Notes under the pieces: generated by a model
Database searches by the model: none
What the model saw: the letters and a program-made list of their open reading frames with translations, nothing else
What the model was told of the DNA's origin: nothing
Assembly: GCF_001194135.2 (NCBI RefSeq)
Contig: NC_068998.1
Coordinates: 54,682,528-54,746,527, forward strand
DNA length: 64,000 nt
Direction: 5' to 3'
DNA from: Octopus bimaculoides
Lineage: Eukaryota
Part shown: positions 1 to 13,100 of the stretch, piece by piece
Layout of the letters: every line of letters starts with the position of its first letter
How positions within the stretch are numbered: position 1 is the stretch's first letter
Translations under genes and position numbers: made by a program

Positions 1-359
1 AATTCATTGCTGTACTCATTTCCAACCCTCACCTTACTGGCAGCATCTCTGTACATGGCTCGCACAGCTCTCACTAACCATTCTTCTATCCCAAGTTTCC
101 TCATTGACCACCAGATAAGGGATCGGGGGACCCTGTCAAAGGCTTTCTCCATGTCAACGAAAGCCAGGTACAGAGGTTTATCCTTAGCTAGGTATTTCTC
201 CTGCAACTGTCTCACTAGAAATAAGGCATCAGTAGTGCTTTTACCTGGCATGAACCCAAACTGCATCTCATCTAAATTGATTCGCTCCCTAATTAGTTGG
301 GCTATGACCCTCTCTGTAACTTTCATAACCTGATCTAACAGCTTGATGCCTCTGTAATT
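1..359 (-). mobile_element. RTE-clade LINE reverse transcriptase fragment (runs off window start)
   Basis: Minus strand reads without stops: NYRGIKLLDQVMKVTERVIAQLIRERINLDEMQFGFMPGKSTTDALFLVRQLQEKYLAKDKPLYLAFVDMEKAFDRVPRSLIWWSMRKLG. These are non-LTR RT motifs (NYRGI, QFGF, FVDxEKAFD). ORF 7..333(+) is its antisense shadow. Confidence 0.92.
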
Positions 360-1924
360 ATTTGTATTTCTTCATGACATTATCACTGAGCTGTCACTCA
401 CTCCATGGCAAGTGCCATTGGTAGCTGCAAGAAACAAGTGGTAAACTGGTTATTGACTTTTCACAAATAACAAATTGCTTTTTGCTCTCCAGATGCACAT
501 CTTTTCCCTTATACTGAAAATCAAGATCTCCTGCATTTTATTTTCTACAACGAATTCAACAGTAAACTGATTCTGAAAGCAGCATACAATGATGTATATA
601 TACAAATTATATATGATGTATATATACAAATTATATATGATATATATATATATACACATTGCAAATCAAGCCGGTGGATGCTTACCCTTTCGTGTGACTT
701 GTTCCATAAGCAGTTTTCTAAGAGTGATGGATGGTGTAATTACCAACAATGATATCAAAAGAGTCCAGCCTGTCTCGATGTTACCGCCATTAGCAAAACT
801 ACCGAGAAGTTCAGTAGGATCTTGACTGAAACATCCATTTGTTTCCTTGGATACAAAATAGAAAATAATTCTTTGCAACTTGACCCAGAAAGATTGAGAC
901 CCTCCCCCTCCCCTCATTGATTTCCTGATGTCTGGAATACTAAGTAACTTCAACTTGTAGGTTTGTTTAGTTATCAATCTTGATAGGTATCTCCTTTCTC
1001 AGAACTAATTCAGCTCTTACTAAATACTGCTTTACCATTGCAGAAGAGACATCGAAAGACATTAATCTGTTTAAAACTTCAATTGCTAATCTCTCTCTCT
1101 CTCTTTCCCAAACTTCCACGACATGTTGAAACAGGTTTCTCAAACTATAATTTTGGCTGTTTTTTCACAAGTGTAATAAACCTGTCACTTCTCCAGAACT
1201 CTTGTTTGCTCTAAGCAAAATCTTTTGTTGAAAAGGAGGCCATGGCTTTTGCAAAATGCTTCAGGAAACGACAGACATTTTCTACTTTGATGCTATTCTA
1301 TATTACTCATTGTTCAGTAAGCCATCTCATTCGTATTTAACCTCAAAGGCAGAGGTAAAAATGGAAGGATGATATTCTTCGTTGCTCTGTATGATTATCA
1401 CTCTAAAATTATGATGTTTGACACAAACCTGCCAAAGATAACATGGCTTGTGATGCTTTTATCAGATGCTCATCTATCACATTTGGAATCAGTTTTATGT
1501 CAGCAATTCTACCATTTTGGAGAGCGATTTCAGCAGAAATCACTGAGCCATGTTCCTTCACTGCCAGCTGAAGGTAAATGGCTCAGTGGTTAGAATATGG
1601 TAAAGGGATAGAGACAGGTGAGTGTAGCAGAAATATGTGGTTACTGCGATGGGGAGAGAGAGAGAAGATAATGGTGACCCAAATGGTCAAATTGACATTT
1701 ATCTGTACTAGAAACAGAATTCCATTTGGAAGACAGAACTTTGGTTCCATTGAAGAGAATTTTACTAATGGATGTTGTAATGTCGACCTGTAGAAGATGG
1801 TAGCCCAAATAGGCTGCGGCTGTTCTGTTGATGAGTATTGCAGTGTTCTCTACCAAATGTGTTGAGTGATCTTTCAATTTAACAAAATTGTTTTATATTT
1901 GTAACATAAAAACAAACATTAATG

Positions 1925-2140
1925 TGTGGGTGTGTGTGTGCCTCTGTTTGATCCGCCACCCCACCACTTGACAACCAGTGTTGCTTTGTGGTCTTCATAA
2001 CTTAGCAGTTTGGCAAAAGAGGCCAATAGAATAAGTACCAGATTTACAAAATAAGTCCTGGGGTTGATGTGTTCAGCTAAACCCTTCAAGGCAGTACCCC
2101 AGCATGGCCGCTGTCCAATGACTGAAACAAGTGAAAGATA
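1925..2140 (+). mobile_element. SINE family C, 3' half
   Basis: ...cttgacaaccagtgttg...aataagtacc...cagcatggccg...atgactgaaacaagtgaaaga; same sequence recurs at about 11560-11745(+), 8354-8560(-) and 47325-47520(-). Confidence 0.75.
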
Positions 2141-2689
2141 GAATTAAATCCTCCATTTACTTCTGATATTTTTCCATGTTTTATTGATATTGGAGATGGG
2201 GTTACGGATAAAGTTAATTTCAGTTTGGATTGGAGCTTCGGATATCAAGAGAAGGGACACAACATTTCCCCTCCCCTTAATCTGACGTTCGGTTGATTTT
2301 TATCCAGCAGCCTCATCTATGTGATAATACAATGTTTAAAGAATTTTAATGTTTTGCAGCTGTTCAACTGCCAACATGGCTGTTGGTTTGTGCTTTGCGG
2401 ATCAATAAGTTGCTAACCCTTCTTCAATGTGTTGCTAACCCCATCAGCTAGCTACATGTTGCCTTATTTGGACTTGTTGTTGCAGTGGTACTTTTAATGC
2501 ACAGAACTGAAGTACTAGTGTCATGACATTGGAGACATCCATCTAGAATTGAATTTACCCTCCCCAGTTTTTTTCTTATTTCACAATTTCATTCAACTGA
2601 TTCCTTTCTAAGCTTGAATAAGCAGTTTGGAAACTATATTAAACTAACAAATAGACATGGAGGCTATGCACATGTATATCTGCATGTGT

Positions 2690-2720
<31 letters not shown>

Positions 2721-2905
2721 GTATTTCTTGAATATCATTGATTATTTGTTTTCTGTATAACAGATCTTGAAAATGAAATGTAAGCTATGAAGAATGGAAG
2801 TATTCTGGAATAATGCTGATTCTTGAAGTAGTCTTTGATAATAAACTGCCAGGTTTGAAGATGCTAGTAGTTATTTGAAGAACCATTTTATCATGAAAAG
2901 AGGTC

Positions 2906-2946
<41 letters not shown>

Positions 2947-3910
2947 CTACACACATACATAAACAAACACACACACACTCACATACATGTAAGGAAATTG
3001 CTTTATGTCTATACTGTTAGCAATTTCTTTGTAGGATCACAAGTGTGTTTGATTATACTGTGAAATAATTTGCAAGTGAAATTGTACCACATAAAACTTT
3101 ACTTGAAAAGAATGTGTATAGGAATGATAGCAGTGTGTGTGTGCATGCACATTCACACACACGCACACACACACACACTTGCTCAATAAAACATAACAAC
3201 TATATTGAAGAACATAACACACTGTTTGGTGGATAAATGAATGGAGGAAGCTGTTTACCTAACTCGTGATAGAACAAGTGTTTTTATTTAATTTCTCTTC
3301 TGCCAAAGAGTTTCATGTTGGCAACACTAAATGCCTGTGTAGCATTTAGTTCAGCTGCTTAACTTTACAAGTTAAAATCCTTCCAGTATTGATTTTTCAG
3401 GGGTTGATTCGGTCAGATTAAGCCCCTACCCAACAATTTTCGGCAGCTTTCCACTTGTTTTCCATTTTTTTGTTTTTAGTAGTAAAATGGTGTGGTGTGG
3501 TGGCTTGTATGCCTCAGTGACCCAGAGAGCTATACTACTAGAATACAAGCTCCTTATAGGGCCTCCCATGCTGGACAAGTCAAAGGATAATATGGACCTC
3601 CTCTTCCCAGAGGTAAAAATGGTTTGAGTAGGGGCCAATACTCCATCCTAGGAAAAAAGCAAATTTAAAGAAGCATCAAAGACAACTGAAAACCAACAAA
3701 ACCTGGGAGAGGAAGATATATAAGGTTTAATAATTGTGATTGTTGTATAAAATGTGTTGTGTTGAATTAATTTTGAGCCTAACATATATTTTGTAATTTG
3801 TTGTAGGAAAAAGTGAAGCTATTCTCTGGTGTCTTACAATGCTAACTGTGCAACTGTTTAACATAAATATATGAGAAAGAAACATTTAAGAGTGAGGCTG
3901 ATCAGTGACC

Positions 3911-4379
3911 ATGCGATTTCATCATGTGCATGGATCAGCTGTCACTTTGTCCAACAATCGGCTACATGCCAACCGAGATGAAAAGCACTTCTGTGATGGT
4001 ATTGTATTTGGTGACCAACCTCTGAAAATTGGTGTTCGGATTTCTCTCCAGATGACTTGCATTACGACTTGGAAAGGGGCTTTACGAATAGGAGTTACAT
4101 CTAATGACCCACAGTGTTTTCTTGAACAACACACATTACCACGTTACCTTTATCCTGATCTTGTTAAACAGGAAGGATATTGGGCACGTTTAGTGAACGA
4201 AAAGTTTGCTGTTTCTTATCACATCATAACATTTTATGTGAATTCCATGGGAGAGCTTCAACTGTTTGTCAACAATCACTACATCGGTGTTCTGCTGAAT
4301 GGAATTCCAACACACCTCCAATTGTGGTTCCTGCTTGACCTTTATGGAAATACATCAGCTGTCAAATTGGTTATTACAG
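3911..4379 (+). CDS. Exon 1: Neuralized homology repeat (NHR) domain
   Basis: MRFHHVHGSAVTLS...FCDGIVFGDQPL...GALRIGVTSNDP...GYWAR...LWFLLDLYGNTSAVKLV matches NHR hallmarks (FHxxHG, GxLRxGxT, W-x-x-x-D-x-YG). Donor ACAG|GTAATT, phase 1. A likely 5'UTR acceptor lies at 3806/3807. Confidence 0.92.
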
Positions 4380-6715
4380 GTAATTAATTTTCATTTTCTG
4401 ACTGCACAAATAAAAATTTACTATATTTATTGGTCTATAAAATGTGTGTTTTTTTAAATTTTATTTTAAATGTATCAGAAGAACTGTCCTGCATCTATTG
4501 CAGGCCCATTACGAATGGGAGACTGGGTGTTGTAGGGTAGGGAGATGAATGAGCATAAATCTATGAGGCACAATAATTATTACTAATTATAAAATATTGC
4601 TTAACAAACCAAATTACCACAAAATGTTAACTCAAACTAACAAAAAATTGCTTACAGTATGCTGGATGTTATGTGGGGAAGTCACTTCATCTCGTTATAC
4701 CTTCTTGCCCAGCATACATGCATATTGTTAATAATTCTTGATGCTTCAAATAGTCTACTCTTATTGGAAGAAAAGGACAAAATTGATAGTTTGTAATTAT
4801 TTGCAGTTGAACAACATTTATTGCATGCAAACAATTGTAATATTTGGTCAGTGTTGCTATGAAATTATTCACTAGTTGAAGAATTTATATACATAGATCT
4901 GTAATAAAACTCAATGTTTTACATCAATCATACTCCATACTCTTAAATAAATTAAAAAACACCAATAAATAATTTGTTTTTCTCTGTATATTGATAATTT
5001 AGGCATTACAGGATTAAGCCTGTGTACCATGTATGATGCTGCATCTCAGTGACACATGGACAGAACAAGCAGATGATGTGCTGAAAGCTAAGTACGGAGT
5101 GATGTTTGTCTATATGATGGTGTATATTGATAGGTTGTCTGCCCAGCAAAAAGATTACACAGAATGAAGATGAGTGAAGAAGAGATGCTATTGAGGGTAG
5201 ACTTATCCAGCTAGTCTGGAAAATAGGCATAAAACTGGTGATGAGAGTAGTGGCTGGATGACAAGCAAGGGGTTGTTGTTTGTGTTTAGCCTGGGTCAAT
5301 CTTTATGGCGCAGACCTCTTATTCAAGGCGTTAGCCATCTTGTTTTCCAATTTGCAGATATGCCGTATTTTTGACTACATTTTCCAATGTTTTTCCTTCT
5401 TTAAAGATTATAAAGACAATAGGATGTGATTTGAGAGAGATTTTGCTCTTACTTCTAGCAAATTGTATTAGAATTATTCTTCTAGAAAAGGAGTTCCCTC
5501 AACTTCAATATTAGTGGTGGTGAGGATAACGATGATGGTGGTCAGTGTTGCAACTGTTTCCTGAAGTTTGTGCTAATAGGATTTTGTTATATTTTTAATT
5601 ATTTCCTATATTTTTTAAAGTATTGTTCAACAGTTGCTATGAGTAAAGCTCGGTGAAAATGCTGGGTTCCACCAGCTGTTTTGCTTTCGATAAACTTTAA
5701 TGAACAAATTGTTCATGGTATCCCAGTGACTCAACAGGTTAACATCACTGTTTAATTAATCATTAATTCATTATGATGAAATCAGTTCTTTAACCCAATC
5801 TCTTCTTTGAAAATTTGTTTTCAATAAAACTAGTAATTTAAATTCTTTTTTTTTTAACCTGCAACTTCCGGTGAATTGTTAAACGATAATAAAATAATCT
5901 GTGTGTTTTTAACAAAGCAATTATGAAAAAACAAATAATTTTAATGTTGCCTCTTAGTTTAATTTATTATTCTTTAAAATTTAATTGCTCAAGTTAATCT
6001 AAATATTCTTTTCAAGAAATTACTTGTTTTTCACCTGAATGTTCTAAAAATCTAATTTATCATCGATTTGATTTATAAGCATAATTGTCAGTAAAGTTTG
6101 TAAAACCAAAAATTAAAAAATTTTGGTCTTACTAATTATTGAGGATAGATCGTTAATATTTTGTTTACCATTAACGAAGGATTACCCTGATAAAAAAGTC
6201 CAGAGTAATAAATACTAGCTTCTCATCTTTTTACCAAATTGAGCTAAATGGTAGAGTCTTTATGTAGTCACTCAGCATGCTAGAAATAGCAGCCAAATCA
6301 CACTTGAAAAAGAAAGGGCAAGTAAAGGGAAGGCACATCAGATAATATAGTCTTCCATATTATGTGAAATTGCAATTATAATATCTCTGATCATAGCCCT
6401 GCCTGATCTAAACTGGTCTGGTGTGAAACAGTGACAAAAATGGCAAAAAGTAGAAAACACTGAGGTAGATTAATGTTGAAGGCTGGTGAAAGAGAGTAAC
6501 AGTAGGACCTACTCTCAGCTCAGTGAAGAACTTGCCTTTATCATAGATGATGGTGATGATGATGATGGCCTTGCCACTGCTGATGCCAATGTATTTATTT
6601 TGTACAGCTGCTGGTCTGGTTGCCAGCCTGATAGTCCGTTTCACACTACTGTATGTACAACATATTGAGATTATGTTATCACAGGTTTAGAAAATATTAT
6701 CCGTAGTTAATGAAA

Positions 6716-6765
<50 letters not shown>

Positions 6766-7158
6766 NNNNNNNNNNNNNNNNNNNNNNNNNNNNNNNNNNN
6801 NNNNNNNNNNNNNNNNNNNNNNNNNNNNNNNNNNNNNNNNNNNNNNNNNNNNNNNNNNNNNNNNNNNNNNNNNNNNNNNNNNNNNNNNNNNNNNNNNNNN
6901 NNNNNNNNNNNNNNNNNNNNNNNNNNNNNNNNNNNNNNNNNNNNNNNNNNNNNNNNNNNNNNNNNNNNNNNNNNNNNNNNNNNNNNNNNNNNNNNNNNNN
7001 NNNNNNNNNNNNNNNNNNNNNNNNNNNNNNNNNNNNNNNNNNNNNNNNNNNNNNNNNNNNNNNNNNNNNNNNNNNNNNNNNNNNNNNNNNNNNNNNNNNN
7101 NNNNNNNNNNNNNNNNNNNNNNNNNNNNNNNNNNNNNNNNNNNNNNNNNNNNNNNNNN

Positions 7159-7190
<32 letters not shown>

Positions 7191-10100
7191 GATATATATA
7201 TCACCATCATCATCATTTACTGTCCACTTGTCCATATTTGTTTACTCCCCAGACCTGCCTTGATTGAGCAGACTAGAGTCAAAAGCATTTCAGCCACAAC
7301 TGCCTCATACTTTTTGCTCAGATTTACTATCTCTAGGGCCATATTCAATTTGCTTGTTTTTATGAAGATTTTGCTGCTGTTTTCAGTACAAATTATCAGC
7401 ACATAGAAACTCCCCTGCCAGCTTGTGGCTCAGCCATTGGGTCACATGGCCCTGAGGCTTGGTCCAGTCACAGGCTTATAGATCCTCTTTGTTGTCTCAG
7501 CTATCTTGTTGTCCCCTTCCCCTCAAATGGTTCAGCCTCCTCCACTAAGTTTTTAAGAGCCATTTTTTTGAGTCTAGTTTTATAGGGTTAAGCAGATAAA
7601 AGACAAAATTCTTCCCCTGTAAAGAAAGCTGTTCTATATTTAAGGTAACTTTTCTGATCTGATGATCATTGCTCTTCAGATCATTTTGGTGTGTTAAATT
7701 TTACAGATAAAACCATCTTTTGTAGGAACACAATAAAAAATCTTGTAGTTGTTTTGTATTGGTTGTTGGATTCTGTAAGCAGACCTCTTTCCGTTGCAAG
7801 CATTTGGACCAGTTTGAGGATAACGTTGTCTCTTCTTCCCATCAGCCTGGGAGGCCTTGAAAAAATACAAGGTCATAGAATCGATGGCAAATAAAATTTA
7901 GTTTAGTATCATATCTTGTCAGTCCTATCTCAAGTAGTAAGAGTAATGTAGCGGATATGACTGAGGGATTTACATCAAAAAATTATTACACAAGTTCAGA
8001 ATAGAAGAGAAAGTAGTATTTAACTGGTGACTGTAAACCAATACTAAAATGTACAAATGAATATTTATTTGGAAGGATCTGATTTCAATGTCTGTCCTTT
8101 TAATATTGCATTGTGACATAGGACGACATACTTAACTGTCAATGATCATAAGTATAGCAGTGCAATGAATGATATGTTTCATTGCTGTTGGCAAAGAACT
8201 TTGAAATTGATGTGTATTTTGTTGTTTTGACATGTTACGTTTAATTCCTTCTGATAGGAAAAACTAGTTACAACAGACCATGTTGCTCTTCAGGGAGGTG
8301 TTCATCTCCCATCAACTAAATATTATTGGAGACCAGAATTAAGTACCAGACCCTTTTATTCTTTTATCTTTTACTTGTTTCAGTCATTAGACTGGCCATC
8401 CTGGAGCACTGCCTTTAAGGGTTTCATTGAACAAATCAATCTCAGTACTTATTTTTGGAATCTGGTACTTATTCTGTTGGGTTCCTGTTAAACTGCTGAG
8501 TCATGGGGATATAAACAAACTAACACCAGTTGTCATGTGGTAGTAAGACAAACACAAAGACTTCCCCTCCCCCCTACCAAATTCACTCACAAAGCATTGA
8601 TTGATCTGAGGCTATAGTAGAAGACATATGCCCAAGGTGCCAAACAGTGGAACTGAACTGGAAGCCACATGGTTGGAAAGCAACCTTCTGAATCACTGTG
8701 ATTTAGAAATGGTAGCAGTGGTGGTTTTTGTGTTGTTGGGTATGTTTTGTACAACTGTTTTACCTGAGATTTCTGTAATCTTCTAATTTTTGTTTCTATG
8801 ATTATATTTTAGATGATACTCCTAAGGAAATCTTTGTCCGAGGGGAGGCTGCTATCAAAGCCTACGAGAAGGCCTGCTGTTCAGGAAGTGAGGCTGTCTA
8901 TCGTACACGGCTTATGTTGGTCGGTAAAGACAGAGTCGGTAAAACTAGTCTCAAGCGTTCACTTCTGGGACAAAAGTAAGAGTTCAGATTTTTTCTTCTT
9001 ATAATATTTCACCTGTAAAGCTTCCCTTAGATTTGTTAGATTCTATGGTAGGAGTCATGTTCCTTCATGACCAAGGAAGGTATTTATCTGATGTTGGATG
9101 CCCTAATCGGAAGGGGTTGGGTGTAAAGTGGGCTGTTGCACACATATGTACCCAAAAGCCAATGGCAAGTTGAACTGAGGCAATTTATGGTGTGGGCATG
9201 AGAGAGAGAGTAAACTTACTCAGGGTTGTACAATTAGGAAGTTTGGCTTTGTAGTCTTGTGGTTATGGAAACAGCTGAGCAAAAGGAGAGCATTCTACAT
9301 GCTAAATACATATACGGTAGGCTCTCACAAACATAAGATTGTGACTTAGAGAACTTTGAAACAACATTGTTAGGAAGTAAGTTTTCTTACCTGCTCCAAT
9401 ACCTTCTTACCTGCTCCAATACTTTCTTACCTGCTCCAATACCTTCTTACCTGCTCTTTCAATCATAGCTATGAATAAGATAAGAAGGTAAATGGAGTAA
9501 ACCTAGATGAAATCTTGAAGGAATTAGGAGATTAAACTACACCCTGTCTTATCTATATATGTATAAACAATACATGTATTCTTCTAACCCATGCTAGCAT
9601 GGAGAACAGATGTAAAACAAATGAACTTTGTCCATTTGATTCACTATACTACACTCTAAATTGAGTGATCTGAAGTTAGTCTTAACAGTATACTAATAAG
9701 GTAGTAGACAATGTAGTATGGTAGACTAAAAGCATCATAATTAGTTTCCTCTTTCTGTAGATCTGAGTTGAAATCGCTTTCTCTTTTTCTCTCTGGGCTT
9801 TTCAGTCATTCTAATTAATAAAATAAGTAGCTGTAATATAGCAGGGTTGATTTGACTCTCATTAGCCATTTTTGAAAGCTGTCAACAGAAATCAACAATT
9901 AATCTTGTAATGTCTTGTGATTTGTTGTTTTTCACTTTGTTAAACTTGTGTCACTTGTTACATTGGGCTTAAGAAAGGAACACTTGTGCACACTTGTGTT
10001 TCTGCTATTTGCATATTCACACTTAGACAGACTCACCTCTGTGCACACTCCCAGACAGCAGAGCTCTAATTGTATTTACATAGTTTTCTGATTGTTTGAT

Positions 10101-13100
10101 TTCACTGAAATATATTAATAGGTTTTATTTGCCTCTAATTAAATACCTGGAAACACATTTAGATATTCATTAAGGAAACACTTAACAAGAAGAATAGCTA
10201 TGTCTGTAAAAGCTGTGCTACATGACAAAACTTTGGATTGATTTTCTCATTGATTTTTTTTTGTCCATTGTGCTCATAGAAACATTGGTGATTCTTCTTT
10301 AGATATATACATAAGACAGTCTGTACTTTAATCTCTTAATTCCTTCAACATTTGATCTGGTTTTACCCCATTTACCTTCTTATCTTCTTCATAGCTATGA
10401 TCGATTTGGCTTTTCAATATTAACTCGCCCCTGTAATACAACAAAAATACTGCATATGTTGAACTTTTAATAATCCAATCTTCATAATGGATATGACAAG
10501 ATGGCTAATTAACTAATTTTCTATAATTACATTTAAAGAGAAATGAAAAGATTAATGCCTTCATTGTGTCTGTGATAATAGCTACTTGAAAGGTCAGGCG
10601 CTAGACTTCAGCCTAACAAATAGGGGCCATTTTCTTTTCTTTTTTTTTTTGTGTTGTTGTCTCTTTACCAGTTACCACCTGTCAGACATTATCTACAAAA
10701 ACAAAGGGAAAAATAGTGAAATTATATGCTATTAAGAATCAAACAAATATGGACAAATGGAAAGGAATAAAACCAGTTCACCTTGGAAAGTAGGAAAGAG
10801 ATATTTTCTTCTAAATTTGTTACTTTATTTGCTCTTATTAATAATAATCGTAAAAACATTAGGCTTGTTCATGGCAAACCATCTCTCAAGCTATACCTCT
10901 CAAAGAACTATACCAATTCCTATTTAAAATTGGCTTTGTGCCTTGTCCAAAATAAACAAAACAAAATAGAAAGAAAGTAAAAAAAAAAAGCAATCAGTCT
11001 TAATAAAAGAACCATTTATGACCTCTGGTTCTAGACATAACTATTTCACTGCACTTAAACCAATAATGGTCTAAGGGAAAGCAGGAATGTCATAAAATTT
11101 TGTCTCTTCCTTTGCTACTAAATTTATGGCTTTGTTCTGAAAGTAAGAAATCAATATTAATGAGAGAAAGGTGATAATTTGGCAGAAACAGTTGAGTGAT
11201 TTAAAATATTTGGTTTGTTCATCGACGTTCTAAGTTGTTGTTGTTGTTAAACCTCTTTGGTGTCAACCCTGATCAAGTAATCCTGTGATGAAAACTATTC
11301 TATCTTTGACCATGCCATTCCTCCACCCCCACCCCCCACCACCAGGTAGGGTCTAATCTCTTTCGCATTTAAAAAAAAAAGCTATGTTACAAGTTCACTT
11401 TGCAATGATGTTGTTTAGGGTTCAGTTCCACTGCATGGCATTTTGGGTAAGCGTCTTCCACTATAGCCTTAGGCTGACCAATAACTCATGAATTTGGTAG
11501 ACAGAAACTGTGTGGAAGCTTGTATATGTGTGTTTGAGTGTATGCTTGTCTTTGTCCTTCTACCATCACTTGACAACGATGTTGGTTTGTTTACATTCCC
11601 ATAACTCTGGTTCAACAAAAGAAACTAATAAAATAAGTATCAGACTTTAAAGAATAAATGCTGGGGTTGATTTGTTTGACTAAACCTTTCAATGAGGTGC
11701 CCCAGCATGGCCACAGCCCAATGACTGAAACAAATGAAAGAAACAAGATAAAACTATTTACTTACCTTATTTTATTAATCTACCTTAATTTACTTACCTT
11801 GTTTCATTAATCTACCTTAATTTACTTACCCTGTTTCATTAATCTCCTTCTGTATTCAACAAAATTCTGAATCACTTTCCCAAGACACTGAGACATTATC
11901 ATGAATTTCCTAAAGTCGTTCAGTATATTTTTAACACTGCATACGAAGCTGTTCTTTGTGCAACACCTTTTGAGAAACACTGATCTACATTTAGAGTTCC
12001 ATTGCAGACTATCTTCGTCTTTCATCTCTTTGAGGTTGATGTCTTCTATTGATTTCTTTTATTTCCATTGGCACAAGGCCAGACGTTTGGAAGTACAAGA
12101 TAATAATCAATCAGACTTGACCACTCTCTGTGCCATGTGTTTAGAAGAAAGAAATAAGACAAGTTCTGCCAAATGTTCAAAGATGAAACTAAATACTCTT
12201 GTGGTATCTCAGACACTGCACTGTCTTTAAGATATTAATTTTAATGTCTTGGGTGGATGGGTGGGTGGATGTTATCCAGAGCAGTATTTTTCCTTTTCTT
12301 AACATTTTACTTGTGGCCGCATTGGACTGTGGCCTTAATTTGGTCAAGCAAATCAGCCCCAGTGATTATATTTTAAGTCTGGTATGTATTCTGTTGGTTT
12401 CCTTTGCCAAATTGCTGGGGTGGTGGAGCACACAAAACACTAACGCACACACATACATAGATATATCATACATACATACATACACACATACATAGATATA
12501 TCATCACCTTCATCATCATCATCATCATCGTTTAATGTCCATTTTCCATGCTGGCATGGGTTGGCCAGTTTGATAGAAATTGAGGAACTGGGTGGGGATG
12601 GGGGTGGGTTGCACCAAGGTCCAATCTCTGCCTTGGCCACACTTTCTCCAGCTGGCTGTCATTCCTGATGCCAGCCAGTGTGCTCTGGATGTAGTAGCAG
12701 TACTAGTGAGGTCACCGAGTACTTTCAAGGCCAGACCCTTCAAACTGAATGAAGTCTTATATTTAAAGGACGGGAGGAGGAATCTGTATGAAGAGGTGAA
12801 TACATGGTTTCCTGGCTGGAAAGTGAGAGAGATATAGTGTGGACTACCCTCAAAGTGAATAGGGATAGGGGAACTGAAAAAGAGGGTGGGTAGGTAAGTG
12901 TGTTAGAGTGAAAAGAATGTAGCAGGGCTATAACAGAAGACACTTGTCAATGTGCTGCACAGTGGGACTGAACCTGAAACTATGTGGTTAGAAAATTAAG
13001 CTTGTGTTTACTCAGGCCCCCATGTGTCTAGGGGTCCAGTGCTGATGCATGTATGCTACGTTTGTGTATGTAGTGGCCCCTGTGCATTGCTTTGCTCAGG

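Noticed and set aside
7-333. 108-aa plus-strand ORF
   Set aside because: Antisense shadow of the RTE reverse transcriptase on the minus strand.
666-977. 103-aa minus-strand ORF
   Set aside because: No recognisable domain or convincing splice context.
2764-2779. Possible 5'UTR micro-exon (CAG|...|GTAAGC)
   Set aside because: Splice signals alone are insufficient in AT-rich DNA.
6687-7267. Long ORFs spanning N-gaps (also about 21.4-22.4 kb, 53.1-54.0 kb, 59.5-60.4 kb)
   Set aside because: Artefacts of N runs and flanking microsatellites.
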